Positions 26,443 to 37,090 are shown, numbered from the stretch's first letter. The stretch is 64,000 bases of DNA from Candidatus Vogelbacteria bacterium (GCA_903878275.1 CAIRHC010000007.1:78482-142481); one strand, 5' to 3'. Numbers and translations are program-made. The notes: generated by a model not told the origin, from the letters alone.

Positions 26443-27624
26443 TTACTCAACCGCGGATACAAATTTCGGGTTGATGCCGTTGAAAACTTTGCGGTCTTGA
26501 TAAAGGACGCGACCAACACCGGCGAGATCGACTTCGTTGAGCTGGGCACCAGCTGCTAATTTTGCCCAAACGTGGGGAATCGCAAATCTGGTGGCGTGGC
26601 CGCCGAGTTTGATTTCGGTCAGCATATCGCCGTCGCTTTGAGGAACGAAAACATCGCAGATATTGTCTGTCCCGATTTGGATGGGCACTTTTTGTTTGAT
26701 CAGCTCCAAAACTCGAGCGATACTGTTGTGCGTCGGCGAAAGATTTGGTCGGAGTTGACGCATTGAGATTGCCGCCGTCGGGCAAATGATGACCCCGATG
26801 TGATATTCCAAGAGGGAATTGATCAATCGAGCAAAACGCTCTTCGTTGTAGCACGACGGCGAGATCATATGGATTACCCAAATGGTCGGTCCGGGGTGAT
26901 TGGGAATTTTGGGCTGGTCAAACCAACGCAAACCCTCAATCAATTTTTCCGTGCCATTTTCCCTTGGATCGTTGGCTTGATCTAAGTGAATATGAACCTC
27001 TTTTTTTAGGTCGCAACCAAGCTCAATGACTTTACGTAAATGTCGACAGAAACCGATTTTGCCGTGACGCAGACTAGTATCAGTGTAGTCATCTTTTTCT
27101 GGTAACACTGAAAGAAAGTCGGCGTGTTTAGCGGCTTCGGCAAATATTTCCCAACGCCCACTGTCTTCTTTGAAACCAAATATCGGATTGGGAGCAATTT
27201 GGATCGTGATATCTTCGGCAAATTGGGCTTTAATTTCCATTGCGACACGCAAGGCGAGTAGTCCGTTTTCGCCAATATCTCCGGTCGTGTCGATGCAGGT
27301 GGCGAGCCGGGTGGTGCCGTAGCCAATCATTCTTTCTACTACACTGGTCATTCGTGTGCGCAAGTCGGCTTCAGAGTAAGCCAAACCGCGATGCAAATCG
27401 CCAGTTAAGCTTTGTTTGACCGACAAGGGCAAACTGCTGGCTTCTAGTGGGGTAGTGTTTATGTGACGCAGGTATTCGTCTGCCAATGTGTCCGCTCGAT
27501 CCAAATGAGCGTGGGCATTGTTGAATCCACCGTGAGCGCGCACGGCTTCCAAGAGTATTTTGTCGTACGGCGACAATGATCTCGGAACGAGCAATTCCTT
27601 TTTTAAAGGTGCTTTATTAAACAT
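26443..27624 (-). CDS. amidohydrolase, cytosine-deaminase-like
   Basis: NAHAHLD, HIHLDQ, VIH, GTDN; start reassigned to ATG 27624 behind AAAGGAGA. Confidence 0.85.
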   Translation of the reverse strand: MFNKAPLKKELLVPRSLSPYDKILLEAVRAHGGFNNAHAHLDRADTLADEYLRHINTTPLEASSLPLSVKQSLTGDLHRGLAYSEADLRTRMTSVVERMIGYGTTRLATCIDTTGDIGENGLLALRVAMEIKAQFAEDITIQIAPNPIFGFKEDSGRWEIFAEAAKHADFLSVLPEKDDYTDTSLRHGKIGFCRHLRKVIELGCDLKKEVHIHLDQANDPRENGTEKLIEGLRWFDQPKIPNHPGPTIWVIHMISPSCYNEERFARLINSLLEYHIGVIICPTAAISMRQLRPNLSPTHNSIARVLELIKQKVPIQIGTDNICDVFVPQSDGDMLTEIKLGGHATRFAIPHVWAKLAAGAQLNEVDLAGVGRVLYQDRKVFNGINPKFVSAVE

Positions 27625-27848
27625 CAGAAATCTCCTTTTCTGTTTATGGTTAAGGTTCCACGGTAATTGTGGCACCGTACAAAAGAGGTGTCAATTAATT
27701 TTTTAAACCCGCCATTTTCTGGAAAACCTGTGGAAAACTTGTTGGTAACTCGGGATAAGTTTTGTCTGGTTTTTTATTTCGTCCGGTTTATAATGGTCAC
27801 ATTACTAGATAATTAAAAATAATCGATTATTAATTAACTTAAATAAAT

Positions 27849-28766
27849 ATGAATAAAATAAAAATATTATTGCTGGTCTTTGTTTTGCTTGGGGTTAGTC
27901 AGGTGGCTTTGGCTGAAGATACTTCGGTTGTGCCGCCAGCAATGCCTGAAGTGGTGGTGCCACAAGTGGCAAATGAAATCGTGCCAGCTGGTTTGGATAA
28001 AGAAAATCGTTTGGAAAAAATTAAAATTGTTGGTGCTCGTTTGATTGCTGATCGCGTCAATGAGTTGAATAAGTTGGCAAATAAAATTAAAAAAGATAAG
28101 AGCGCTGTGGCAGCAAGTTCGACTTTGGTTGCTCGAATTGAAACCCAAAAAACTAGCTTGGTCGCTTTGGGTGATCAAATTAAGGCGGGGACCGAAGCTA
28201 GCTCGACCAAAGCTTTGGTCAAAACTATTTTAACTGATTATCGAATCTTTGCTGTGTTTATTCCGCAAGTTCATTATTTGAGAGCGATTGATACTCTGAC
28301 GAATCACATAAACAATTTGACTGGAAAATTTGTTAAAGTTCAAACGAATATTGATGCCGCGAAGGCTAAGGGTCAAGATGTCACTGCTCGACAAGCCTCT
28401 TTAGACAAAGCCAAGACAGCTTTGGTGGAAGTTAATGCTAGTTTGGTGGCTTTACGAGCAAAAGCTGATGGTCTTAAACCAGCTGATTATCCGGTGACAA
28501 GCAAAGCGGTTTTTGTGGAATTAAAAGCGGGGATTAAAGATGTGCAGGTTAAAATAAAGACTGTTCGGCAGTCTATCTGGCCAAGTCTTATCGCTAAAGT
28601 AAAAGCGGAAATTAAATTAGAAAACAAGGTAGAAAAGAAAGAGGCAAAAAAGATTGAAAGAGAAAACGCTAGTACGACCGGGACGACGACCGGATTGTCG
28701 AGCCCCTTAAAACAAAAAGAAGAGAAGAAAAATGGTAGTCCTTTGATGCGTCTGTTTGGACGATAG
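27849..28766 (+). CDS. secreted long alpha-helical/coiled-coil protein
   Basis: Signal peptide ..VALA-EDT; Lys/Ala-rich helical repeats. Confidence 0.7.
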   Translation: MNKIKILLLVFVLLGVSQVALAEDTSVVPPAMPEVVVPQVANEIVPAGLDKENRLEKIKIVGARLIADRVNELNKLANKIKKDKSAVAASSTLVARIETQKTSLVALGDQIKAGTEASSTKALVKTILTDYRIFAVFIPQVHYLRAIDTLTNHINNLTGKFVKVQTNIDAAKAKGQDVTARQASLDKAKTALVEVNASLVALRAKADGLKPADYPVTSKAVFVELKAGIKDVQVKIKTVRQSIWPSLIAKVKAEIKLENKVEKKEAKKIERENASTTGTTTGLSSPLKQKEEKKNGSPLMRLFGR

Positions 28767-28785
28767 AAGATAATTGATAGGATAA

Positions 28786-28820
28786 AAAATACCGCCCCGC
28801 TTGTAGCGGGGCGGTATTTT
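28786..28820. terminator. bidirectional terminator
   Basis: AAAATACCGCCCCGC-TTGTA-GCGGGGCGGTATTTT. Confidence 0.8.
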
Positions 28821-28833
28821 ATTTCTAAATTTT

Positions 28834-30540
28834 TTAATCAAAAACGCAATTTTTGTCGGTCAGTTTTTTGCCCAGCAGTTCATAAGTTTTTTGGCACAGA
28901 CTAATTAAGCTTGTTTTCTTGTGAAAGACGTGATCTTCGCCTGGATATTTAATTAGTTGGATATCTTGATCTTTACCTTTTGTTCGTAGCTCTTTAAATA
29001 AATAGTCCGCTTGGCTTGGTGAAACCGTCTTGTCTGCCTCGGCTTGGGCGATCATTATTTTTTGAGTCGTTAAGTTTTTGATTCGTTCATCGATAGCTGC
29101 TTGATAAAAGAGGTCGCTGTTTTCTTCTTGTACTGTTCCGCCAAATTGGACATTAAAAATAGAATTTTCCAGTTTGTTTAAAAGAACGTCCCAAGCGGTG
29201 ACACCGTTTATCGACAAAGCTCCACCAAAAGATTTCGGTTCTTCGACAATGGTTCGCAGGGCGAGATAACCACCATAACTATTACCCGATAAATAAGTTT
29301 GGCTGATTGAGTACTTTGATTTCAAAGTTTTTTGAGCTTCTAGCACGTCAGCGACATCACCTTTGCCGACATTTTTTGTAATTGATTCGGCGAAAGCTCG
29401 TCCGAAACCATAACTGCCACGATAATCAAGTTTGAGCACCGTCACGCCACTTTTGACCAAATCGTTAAGCATCCAATCATAAACCGCATAACTCAAATAC
29501 GAATGATAAAGCCAGCTGGCTTGGCGGTATGGTCCGCCGTGAAGCCAAATCAAAAGCGGTTGTTTGGCGGTTTTGGCAAATTTACTGGAACGCAAAACTA
29601 CGCCGTGTAAATTGCCCGTAGTAAATAAAGTGCTGGTCACCTCTGAATCTTTTGATGGATTGGCGACAATGTCTTTGAAATATTTTAATTTACCAGATGG
29701 CATGTTATAGATGACTGGGACAACCGAGTTGTTAATTATTTTAAGGTAAATTAAGTTGCCACTTTCTTTTTTTACTCTTTGATTGTAAGACAGATCGTCG
29801 TCAATCTTGGTTAATTTTTTTGTCACAAGATTAAATTTGTATAATGAAAAACGGTAAGGGTTGTCACGATTTGCGACAAAGACGATATTGTCATCATCTA
29901 AAAATTGAAAATCAGCCACCGAATAATTTTTGGCAAATAATTTTGTCCCGGGTAATGGTTTTTTGCTAAGCGGATCTAAATTGACTAGGTACAAAGTCGG
30001 GTAATTATCTTTGTCGTCCAAATAAAGTAAACGTTTTTCGTTTGGTGAAAAATCAAATAAACGTAATTCTTCGGTCAACAAATCCCAGTAGGCGGTTTTG
30101 GCGCTCAAACTGTATTTTTTTGGTGGGTCGGTTTTTAAATCAAGAAGAACGTGAGTTCTGGTCGTGGTTTTTCCGATGGTCGCTGGTTCGTAATAGGCGA
30201 GAAATTTTTTATGCAGAGACAGTGTCAATCTGGTGGCATTGCTTCGGTCGAAGTTTATGTCGCTAATTTTTTCGGTTAACGGTATATCTTTGTCGTTGAA
30301 AAAACTGGAAATTTCTTTTGGCGTCGCCACACCGAGGTTTTGGCAACTTAAACTAAAAGTATCACACAGGTAATTTGAAGAAATTTCTAGCCCACCATAT
30401 TGAACCAAGACCGAGCGGTTTCGGACTTCTAAAATTTTGGCGTATTTTAGCTCGGCGCCAAAAACATTTTGGTGAGGAATTAAAAATAATATTAATAAAA
30501 AAAACGACAAATAAAAAAAGCGAGATTTAAATTTAAACAT
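28834..30540 (-). CDS. secreted S9 (prolyl-oligopeptidase-family) serine peptidase
   Basis: LHGGP, DYRGSYGFG, GNSYGG nucleophile, YPGEDH; N-terminal signal. Confidence 0.9.
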   Translation of the reverse strand: MFKFKSRFFYLSFFLLILFLIPHQNVFGAELKYAKILEVRNRSVLVQYGGLEISSNYLCDTFSLSCQNLGVATPKEISSFFNDKDIPLTEKISDINFDRSNATRLTLSLHKKFLAYYEPATIGKTTTRTHVLLDLKTDPPKKYSLSAKTAYWDLLTEELRLFDFSPNEKRLLYLDDKDNYPTLYLVNLDPLSKKPLPGTKLFAKNYSVADFQFLDDDNIVFVANRDNPYRFSLYKFNLVTKKLTKIDDDLSYNQRVKKESGNLIYLKIINNSVVPVIYNMPSGKLKYFKDIVANPSKDSEVTSTLFTTGNLHGVVLRSSKFAKTAKQPLLIWLHGGPYRQASWLYHSYLSYAVYDWMLNDLVKSGVTVLKLDYRGSYGFGRAFAESITKNVGKGDVADVLEAQKTLKSKYSISQTYLSGNSYGGYLALRTIVEEPKSFGGALSINGVTAWDVLLNKLENSIFNVQFGGTVQEENSDLFYQAAIDERIKNLTTQKIMIAQAEADKTVSPSQADYLFKELRTKGKDQDIQLIKYPGEDHVFHKKTSLISLCQKTYELLGKKLTDKNCVFD

Positions 30541-30761
30541 AATTAGATTTTAACACTTTTAAGTGGCGAGAAAAACTATTTATCCTTGGGCGAACTTTTT
30601 TGTTGAAGGCAAAAAAGTTTTAGTCCTTTTTCTTGATGTATTCTTTGTAGTACCAGTAAGGGAAAGTAATGATGAAGATAAACTTATGCCAGTCCATATT
30701 TTTAAGTATAGCAAATTTATCAGAGCTTTCAAAAGTAAATAGTAAGTGGTAAATTTAAGTA

Positions 30762-31244
30762 ATGACAAAGATCGTAAAAATTGAGCCCTGTCTTTTTGAT
30801 ACCTATTTGCAGGTGATAAAAAATAGTGTGGGCTCGAAAATGTTTCGAAATTTTTATGCCAAAGTAAATGGTAAGAAAAAAGATGTTTTGAATGATGGCG
30901 ATTTAGCCTGTGCTTTTTACGTCTCATCGATTTTGGTGCAGTTTGGTTTGATAAAAAAAGTTCACTGCACGGTCGGTGGTACTGTTTTTGATTTAGAACA
31001 AAGCGGTTGGCGGAAAATAACTAAACCAAAAGTCGGAGCGGTGTTGGTCTGGGCGGAAAAATTTGGCACAGACGGTGAAGTGCACAAGCACATCGGTTTT
31101 TATTTGGGCAACAGTGAAGCGGTGAGTAACGATTCAAAAAAACGTCAGATTGCCAAGCATCATTTTACTTATGGCGAGCCGGGGAGTCGGCAGTTTCGAC
31201 TGATTTTAGAAATTTGGGAAAATCCGAATTTTGTGTTAAAATAA
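30762..31244 (+). CDS. NlpC/P60-CHAP-like papain-fold protein
   Basis: ACAFYVS...PKVGAVLVW...HIGFY (Cys-His dyad). Confidence 0.65.
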   Translation: MTKIVKIEPCLFDTYLQVIKNSVGSKMFRNFYAKVNGKKKDVLNDGDLACAFYVSSILVQFGLIKKVHCTVGGTVFDLEQSGWRKITKPKVGAVLVWAEKFGTDGEVHKHIGFYLGNSEAVSNDSKKRQIAKHHFTYGEPGSRQFRLILEIWENPNFVLK

Positions 31245-31277
31245 CTCTCGTTAAGTTGGTTACTTTTTCTCAATAAT

Positions 31278-33236
31278 ATGGCGAAAAATAAAGATAAAAA
31301 AGAGCCGAAATTACCTTTCGGTCAAAATAAGATTGTTCGACAATTTGGCAGCCAGATTTTGCTGGCGGTTTTGATTTTGATGATTTTTGTTGGACTTTAT
31401 TCTTTGGCGACGGAAAAGAAAGACAACACGCCAATCGTGCCTTTGTCGCAAGTGGCGAGCGAGGTGATAAGTGGTCAGGTGGCGAAAATCAGTGTTCAAG
31501 GTGAAGATTTGACCGTTACGTTGAAAGATAAAAAAATACAAAACGCGAAAAAGGAAGTCGAAAATTCTTTGTCGCAATCTTTGGTCAACTATGGCGTGAC
31601 ACCAGAAAAATTGAGTGCGGTGTCGATTGAAATTTCCAATTCTTATGGTGCGAGTTTTTGGCTATTAAATATTTTGCCGATTCTCTTGCCGATTATTTTC
31701 GTCTTATTTTTATTTTGGTATATTTCGCGTCAGGTCAAAGGGGCGAGCGTGCAAGCTTTTACTTTTGGACAATCTCGAGCCCGTTTGATTGATCCGAACG
31801 ATACGAAGCAACGAGTGACCTTTAAAGATGTCGCCGGTGTCAAAGAAGCCAAAGAAGAATTGACCGAGATTGTAGATTTCTTAAAAAATCCCAAAAAGTT
31901 TTTAGATATCGGTGCGCGAATTCCCAAAGGTGTGCTGCTGATGGGAGCGCCGGGTACTGGCAAGACCTTGTTGGCTCGGGCGGTGGCTGGTGAAGCGCAA
32001 GTGCCGTTTATGTATTTGTCGGGTTCAGAATTTGTTGAAATGTTTGTCGGTGTCGGTGCTTCTCGGGTGCGTGATTTATTTAATATGGCAAAAAAATCGG
32101 CACCATCAATTATTTTTATTGATGAGATCGACGCAATCGGTCGCCATCGTGGTTCGGGTATGGGTGGTGGCAACGACGAGCGCGAACAAACTCTCAATCA
32201 GATTTTAGTGGAAATGGATGGTTTTGAACCGTCAGAAAAAGTGATTATTATGGCGGCGACCAATCGACCGGACGTGCTTGATCCGGCGCTTCTTCGACCC
32301 GGCCGTTTTGATCGTCGCGTGATGCTTGATCAGCCCGACAAAAAAGATCGCGAAGAAATTTTAAATATTCATTCTGGTAAAAAACCACTTGGTCCGGATG
32401 TAAATATGACCGTCATTGCCGAACGCACTCCCGGTTTTTCTGGTGCTGATTTGGCAAATTTAATGAACGAAGCGGCGATTCTGGCGGCGCGCGAAAATCG
32501 TACCGAGCTGACACAATACGATTTGTTGCGTTCGGTGGAAAAAGTAATGCTCGGACCAGAACGAAAAAGTCACATTCTTTCGACTCGCGAGAAAAAAATT
32601 ACCGCTTATCACGAAATGGGTCACGCCCTCGTGTCGTCACTGCTTGAATTTGCCGATCCGGTACATAAAGTTTCTATTATTGCTCGTGGTAACGCTGCTG
32701 GTTATACTTTGAAACTGCCCTTTGAAGATCGTCGTTTGCAGTCGCGTCGAGAATTTTTGGCAGATCTGGCGATGTCACTCGGTGGTTATGTCGCCGAAAA
32801 AATGATTTTCAATGATGTGACGACTGGTGCCTCAAATGATATCCAAGTGTCCACGGCTCTGGCACGTGATATGGTGACAAAATATGGAATGAGTGAAGAA
32901 ATTGGTCCGGTGGCACTCGATGGCACGTCGCGCGTCAATATTATGACTGGTGTGATGAGCGAACACGGCATTTCCGAAAAAACCTCATCGATTGTCGACG
33001 AAGAAGTGGCGAAACTTTTGACCGGCGCCTTAAATCAAGCTGAAGAATTATTGAAAGCTCATAAACCGGCACTTGATAAAATGACCGAAGAATTGGTAAA
33101 AGTGGAAACGCTCGAACGTGAAGATTTCGAAAAACTTTTGATTTTAAATGGCATCAAGCCAAAAGTAAAACCGGAGTTGGTTGGAAAAGAAGGTGGTATT
33201 TTTGCCCCGGGTTTAGATGGGGTGGAGGTGGTTTAA
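31278..33236 (+). CDS. ftsH: ATP-dependent zinc metalloprotease FtsH
   Basis: 2 [28 protein letters not shown]. Confidence 0.99.
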   Translation: MAKNKDKKEPKLPFGQNKIVRQFGSQILLAVLILMIFVGLYSLATEKKDNTPIVPLSQVASEVISGQVAKISVQGEDLTVTLKDKKIQNAKKEVENSLSQSLVNYGVTPEKLSAVSIEISNSYGASFWLLNILPILLPIIFVLFLFWYISRQVKGASVQAFTFGQSRARLIDPNDTKQRVTFKDVAGVKEAKEELTEIVDFLKNPKKFLDIGARIPKGVLLMGAPGTGKTLLARAVAGEAQVPFMYLSGSEFVEMFVGVGASRVRDLFNMAKKSAPSIIFIDEIDAIGRHRGSGMGGGNDEREQTLNQILVEMDGFEPSEKVIIMAATNRPDVLDPALLRPGRFDRRVMLDQPDKKDREEILNIHSGKKPLGPDVNMTVIAERTPGFSGADLANLMNEAAILAARENRTELTQYDLLRSVEKVMLGPERKSHILSTREKKITAYHEMGHALVSSLLEFADPVHKVSIIARGNAAGYTLKLPFEDRRLQSRREFLADLAMSLGGYVAEKMIFNDVTTGASNDIQVSTALARDMVTKYGMSEEIGPVALDGTSRVNIMTGVMSEHGISEKTSSIVDEEVAKLLTGALNQAEELLKAHKPALDKMTEELVKVETLEREDFEKLLILNGIKPKVKPELVGKEGGIFAPGLDGVEVV

Positions 33237-33301
33237 AACACAAATTATTTATTTTAACTTTGTGGGCAGGTTGTTTTTCAGATATTTACAACAACACTCC
33301 A

Positions 33302-33348
33302 TAATAATACTGCCGGCTTTTTAGACAAAAAAGCCGGCAGTATTATTG
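33302..33348. terminator. bidirectional terminator
   Basis: AATAATACTGCCGGCTTTTT..AAAAAGCCGGCAGTATTATT. Confidence 0.8.
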
Positions 33349-33360
33349 CTAATGAAACTT

Positions 33361-34698
33361 CTAGATATTTGGATTGTAACAAAACGGTGCACCATTTGGG
33401 CTATTTTTACAAATATCAGTTCCCCGGCAACAAAAATTATCCCCAGTATATTCTCCGGTGCCTGAACAAAAAACTGGTGCATCAACTGGACAAAACTCTT
33501 TTTTGGGTGGTGAACAGTAAATGGCTTCTGTTTTCGCTTTCTTATCTATCTTACAGCCATCTTTCGTCGGACAACAAACCGCTGTGCCATTATTTTTTCC
33601 GCAAATAACGTTATTTGGTGGTGCGCATGGTGGCGAGCAAACACCCATCGTGTATGGGAAAAGAACGGGCCAAACCCCAACCTCAAACGTTTTTATCGAA
33701 CAGATGTCACCCTTGTGACAACAAATCGCTCGGTCAGTATCCTTACCACACAGTTCTTCGTCCGGTAAACATTGTTTGTTGTTACACCGAAAGGTGCACG
33801 CCCCAAAGTTCTTTACCTCTTGATAAGGTTTCGGTCGACAGCAAAAACCATTTTTTTTAGGATCAGTTTCAGATTCAACATAATTACCAGGGCAACGTCC
33901 TGATTTGTTGGCATTATTTATGCCACGCCAAGCAGTATTGAGTACCCCTGAAGGATAGCCACCTATTTTGTCTGATGAGGCAACTTGAAGTGACGAACCA
34001 TTATTTGAATTGACAGTACAAACTGGAAAGACACAGGAACGTCTTCCCGTAGAAGCGTTTGGTAGACATTTGCCTCCAACACTTCTGATTACTCCACCAG
34101 CAGAGAGTGGCCCGGTATATTGACACTCTTTGTTGGTCACACATTCAGAACAACCACCATCGACACAGTATGGACTAGAACCTCCACAAGTCTTCACTGT
34201 TCCTGCGGGCAAAACACTGTCGTAAGCTGTGTAGTTGGCAAATGTTTTTTTCACTATTTTTCCTCTTGGATCCGTTGCGGTTATGGTGGTATTCCTACAC
34301 TGTAAGTAGATACCTGTACCACCACCGGAGTCACCGTTCATTGTCTCCCAGCAAGACGTCTTATCTCCACCGGGATAGGGAGACGGACCTTGCACTTCGG
34401 AAACCAATCGATAAAAATCTCCGTTTGGGGAACCCGTAAAGACCGAATATTCTAGTGTTTCGGGTTGATTCAGTGTGGGGTCTGGCCAGGCTTCTCTATC
34501 TACCAAACAAGGACAACCAACTAGGTTTTTTTGATAACTTGGGTCTTTGTATTCAAAACTGTTACGAGGACAGGATCTTAACGGCGGTGATATTGTAGAA
34601 GCATTTACTGATGATAGATTTGGAAGCCAGAAAGAGAGAAATAGAAAACTTAGCAAAAAATACAAGTGAAAAGTTTTTTTATTAGCCATAATTAACAT
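33361..34698 (-). CDS. secreted cysteine-rich protein with CC repeats
   Basis: N-terminal hydrophobic signal; C..CC..C modules (ICCHKGDIC, VCCPTKDGC, FCCRGTDIC). Confidence 0.7.
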   Translation of the reverse strand: MLIMANKKTFHLYFLLSFLFLSFWLPNLSSVNASTISPPLRSCPRNSFEYKDPSYQKNLVGCPCLVDREAWPDPTLNQPETLEYSVFTGSPNGDFYRLVSEVQGPSPYPGGDKTSCWETMNGDSGGGTGIYLQCRNTTITATDPRGKIVKKTFANYTAYDSVLPAGTVKTCGGSSPYCVDGGCSECVTNKECQYTGPLSAGGVIRSVGGKCLPNASTGRRSCVFPVCTVNSNNGSSLQVASSDKIGGYPSGVLNTAWRGINNANKSGRCPGNYVESETDPKKNGFCCRPKPYQEVKNFGACTFRCNNKQCLPDEELCGKDTDRAICCHKGDICSIKTFEVGVWPVLFPYTMGVCSPPCAPPNNVICGKNNGTAVCCPTKDGCKIDKKAKTEAIYCSPPKKEFCPVDAPVFCSGTGEYTGDNFCCRGTDICKNSPNGAPFCYNPNI

Positions 34699-36653
34699 TA
34701 TTTTTTAACTGATGGTACAATCGAGCAAACCGGTGTGCCATGATTTTTTTCGACGACGATCTTACTATTAACACCTTGGATACTTGGCAAAATGAAATTT
34801 TCTGGTGGCGTGGTAAAAACATTTTGCTGGTTGTATTGCTCAATTGACGAAAATAGTAATCGATTGCTGTTATCGTAAACTGAAATGTAATAATAATCTT
34901 CCCCGATCGTAGGTAGGGGGGAATTTTTCTGATCAATGAAAATTGGTAGCTCCGTCTCTGTCGTTGCCGGCTGAATCAAGGCCGAATCACAAGTTATTTT
35001 CGGGTTGCCATCTGTATCGTAAGTATAGGTTGTTTGAAAATATACTTTATTAGTGCGAGAAATTCCCGACGAGTCCTCGTATAAATTAACTGTCATCGGG
35101 TTTGAAGCGCAAATGTTTTGATCGCTGGCCAAGCAGATTTTTAATTGGTATTGTCCGGCGGGGATTGCTTTGTCGGTGATTTGTTCCCCGTAATTCTCTT
35201 TATTTCTGATAAAAACATTAATTGCCGTATTGTTAGAAGTTAAGGCGTCAACGTTTTTTATTGTGGTAGCCATTATGTTTTTGGCAATTACGTAGTCTTG
35301 GTTACCGTTATTTAAAATCAGTTTATAATGATTGAAAGAATCTAATCCGGTAGTTTCCCATTCAAGACTAAATGGTTGCCAGCGCTCAAAAGAATTGGCG
35401 CCACTGATGGCTGTCAACTTGGTAATTTTAATTTTAGGGACGATACTCCATCTGTCGTAAGTGCCCGAGAAGTCATTAAGGTTTCGATAGCTAATGTTGT
35501 TGTGATAAGGAGCATTGCCGACTACAAAATTATTTCTTTTACTAGTCCAAAACCCGCCGTTGCGACTATCTAAGAAAGAATAAGCTTGCCATGGGTGAAA
35601 GAAGCCACTAATTTCGCTAGTGTTTATGGTGGTATTTTCTGGAATCAAATTATCATTTCTTGTCCATGGAGACGAAACGCCTTTTACTGTGCTTTGGACA
35701 AAGACGGTGGCAGCTGGGGAATTTGGGAAATAACCCCAAAGATAAGATTTATAATTGGGAAATTCATTTGCTGGTTGGTTGATGTTTGGGTAGATAATGT
35801 TTTGTCCGGCGGTCGGGACAAAATTTGGGGGGACTTGATTGTTAGCAACGAGATTGCTGGTGCGGTTGATCCACGTCGGTGGAGTAGTGACAGGGTTGTA
35901 GATAAATACTGTTAAATTATTATTTCTGGTGTCAGTTCCCCAGAGGTGGATGCGATAATTTTTTAGGTCGTTGCTTAGCAGGACATAGTAGCCCGTGATT
36001 GGACGAAACCATTCTGGAATGCCAGGACCATCATAATTACCAAGAGTATTGCCGTAGTCGACGGTAGTTTGTGTCTGATTAACCCATTTGTTTAAGCCGG
36101 AATTAAAATTGAACAAACGCAAATTGTTTCCAACATCATATCCCCACAATTGGACAATGTATTTACTAATGTCTGTATCGCTAAATGCCGGCCAATAATA
36201 AGCGGTGAGTGGTTTAATATTTGCCGGGAGTAATCCGCTGGTGTTTGGCTGATCGGCACTTATGGCTGGGCCGAGCGAAGAGGTCTCATTACACCATTGT
36301 TTACTTTTTGTTGAATAAGTGAAGAAACTTAATACCGACGAACTATTGGCGTAACCCCAATACCAGAGTTTATAATGGTGATCGTTTATCTCACTACTAC
36401 TGTCTGGGCCATCAGGGATTAGGACGCTCGCTTTTATTTCAAAAACGCTGGGCAATTCGGATGAACACGTGGGTGCTTTTAGCGGAGCTTTTGCGACGAC
36501 GACAATTCCGACTGCCGCGAGTTGTTGTGTTGCCCAATTTGTAACCGAAGGTAAAGCAAGAGAAATCGACAAAGAAAAAAATACAACGACAAAACAAGCT
36601 AAAAGAATAAAGTAAGATTTACTAAAACGTTCCCAGCTTAAATTTTGTTTCAT
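34698..36653 (-). CDS. secreted protein with (L/W)WG repeats (possible beta-propeller) and an Ig-like C-terminus
   Basis: N-terminal TM plus QQLAAV; repeats LWYWGY, LWGYD, LWGTD, LWGYF. Confidence 0.65.
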   Translation of the reverse strand: MKQNLSWERFSKSYFILLACFVVVFFSLSISLALPSVTNWATQQLAAVGIVVVAKAPLKAPTCSSELPSVFEIKASVLIPDGPDSSSEINDHHYKLWYWGYANSSSVLSFFTYSTKSKQWCNETSSLGPAISADQPNTSGLLPANIKPLTAYYWPAFSDTDISKYIVQLWGYDVGNNLRLFNFNSGLNKWVNQTQTTVDYGNTLGNYDGPGIPEWFRPITGYYVLLSNDLKNYRIHLWGTDTRNNNLTVFIYNPVTTPPTWINRTSNLVANNQVPPNFVPTAGQNIIYPNINQPANEFPNYKSYLWGYFPNSPAATVFVQSTVKGVSSPWTRNDNLIPENTTINTSEISGFFHPWQAYSFLDSRNGGFWTSKRNNFVVGNAPYHNNISYRNLNDFSGTYDRWSIVPKIKITKLTAISGANSFERWQPFSLEWETTGLDSFNHYKLILNNGNQDYVIAKNIMATTIKNVDALTSNNTAINVFIRNKENYGEQITDKAIPAGQYQLKICLASDQNICASNPMTVNLYEDSSGISRTNKVYFQTTYTYDTDGNPKITCDSALIQPATTETELPIFIDQKNSPLPTIGEDYYYISVYDNSNRLLFSSIEQYNQQNVFTTPPENFILPSIQGVNSKIVVEKNHGTPVCSIVPSVKK

Positions 36654-36800
36654 AAATAATATTTGTTGAGGTTTTAGCTTGATCTAATTTTATACCTGAT
36701 CGTGACTAAAAGCAAAAATATTTTTTGACAATGATCGGTGTATAAGTTAAAAATAAAGTGGAATTTGAGATATTTGGTTTAAACGGAAAGGAGAGCGGAA

Positions 36801-36902
36801 ATGTTGTCGTATTTTGTGGTTGCCGTTTCGTGTTTTGTCGGCGGTTTTATTCTTGGCATTTTAGCTACGCTGTTGGTTATTGCGGCCGAAAGTGATAGCT
36901 AA
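36801..36902 (+). CDS. 33-aa single-TM micropeptide
   Basis: AAAGGAGAG SD; MLSYFVVAVSCFVGGFILGILATLLVIAAESDS*; followed by a terminator. Confidence 0.55.
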   Translation: MLSYFVVAVSCFVGGFILGILATLLVIAAESDS

Positions 36903-36915
36903 AATAATTGTGTTT

Positions 36916-36952
36916 AGCAGTTTGGGCGAAGTGTCGCCCAAACTGCTTTTTT
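36916..36952 (+). terminator. intrinsic terminator
   Basis: AGCAGTTTGGGCGA-AGTG-TCGCCCAAACTGC followed by a T run. Confidence 0.8.
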
Positions 36953-37009
36953 GCAAAAAATTTAAATTGAAAAACTTAGTTTTTTAGGTTATATTTAATT
37001 ACGGTCGTT

Positions 37010-37082
37010 GCGCCTGTAGCTCAGTTGGTAGAGCGACGAGCTTATACCTCGTTGGTCCTAGGTTCGAGTCCTAGCAGGCGCA
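37010..37082 (+). tRNA. tRNA-Ile(UAU)
   Basis: Acceptor GCGCCTG/CAGGCGC+A; anticodon arm ACGAG-CT TAT AC-CTCGT; T arm CTAGG-TTCGAGT-CCTAG; CCA not encoded. Confidence 0.92.
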
Positions 37083-37090
37083 CACAAAGT

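Noticed and set aside
24762-27624. Prophage or integrative element at ssrA
   Set aside because: No integrase, no phage structural genes, and I saw no duplicated ssrA 3' end; only accessory genes.
31730-32197. Long antisense ORFs (also 1672-2208, 56697-57080, 62645-63100)
   Set aside because: Shadow frames opposite well-supported genes (ftsH, r-proteins, the 56341 gene, ligA).
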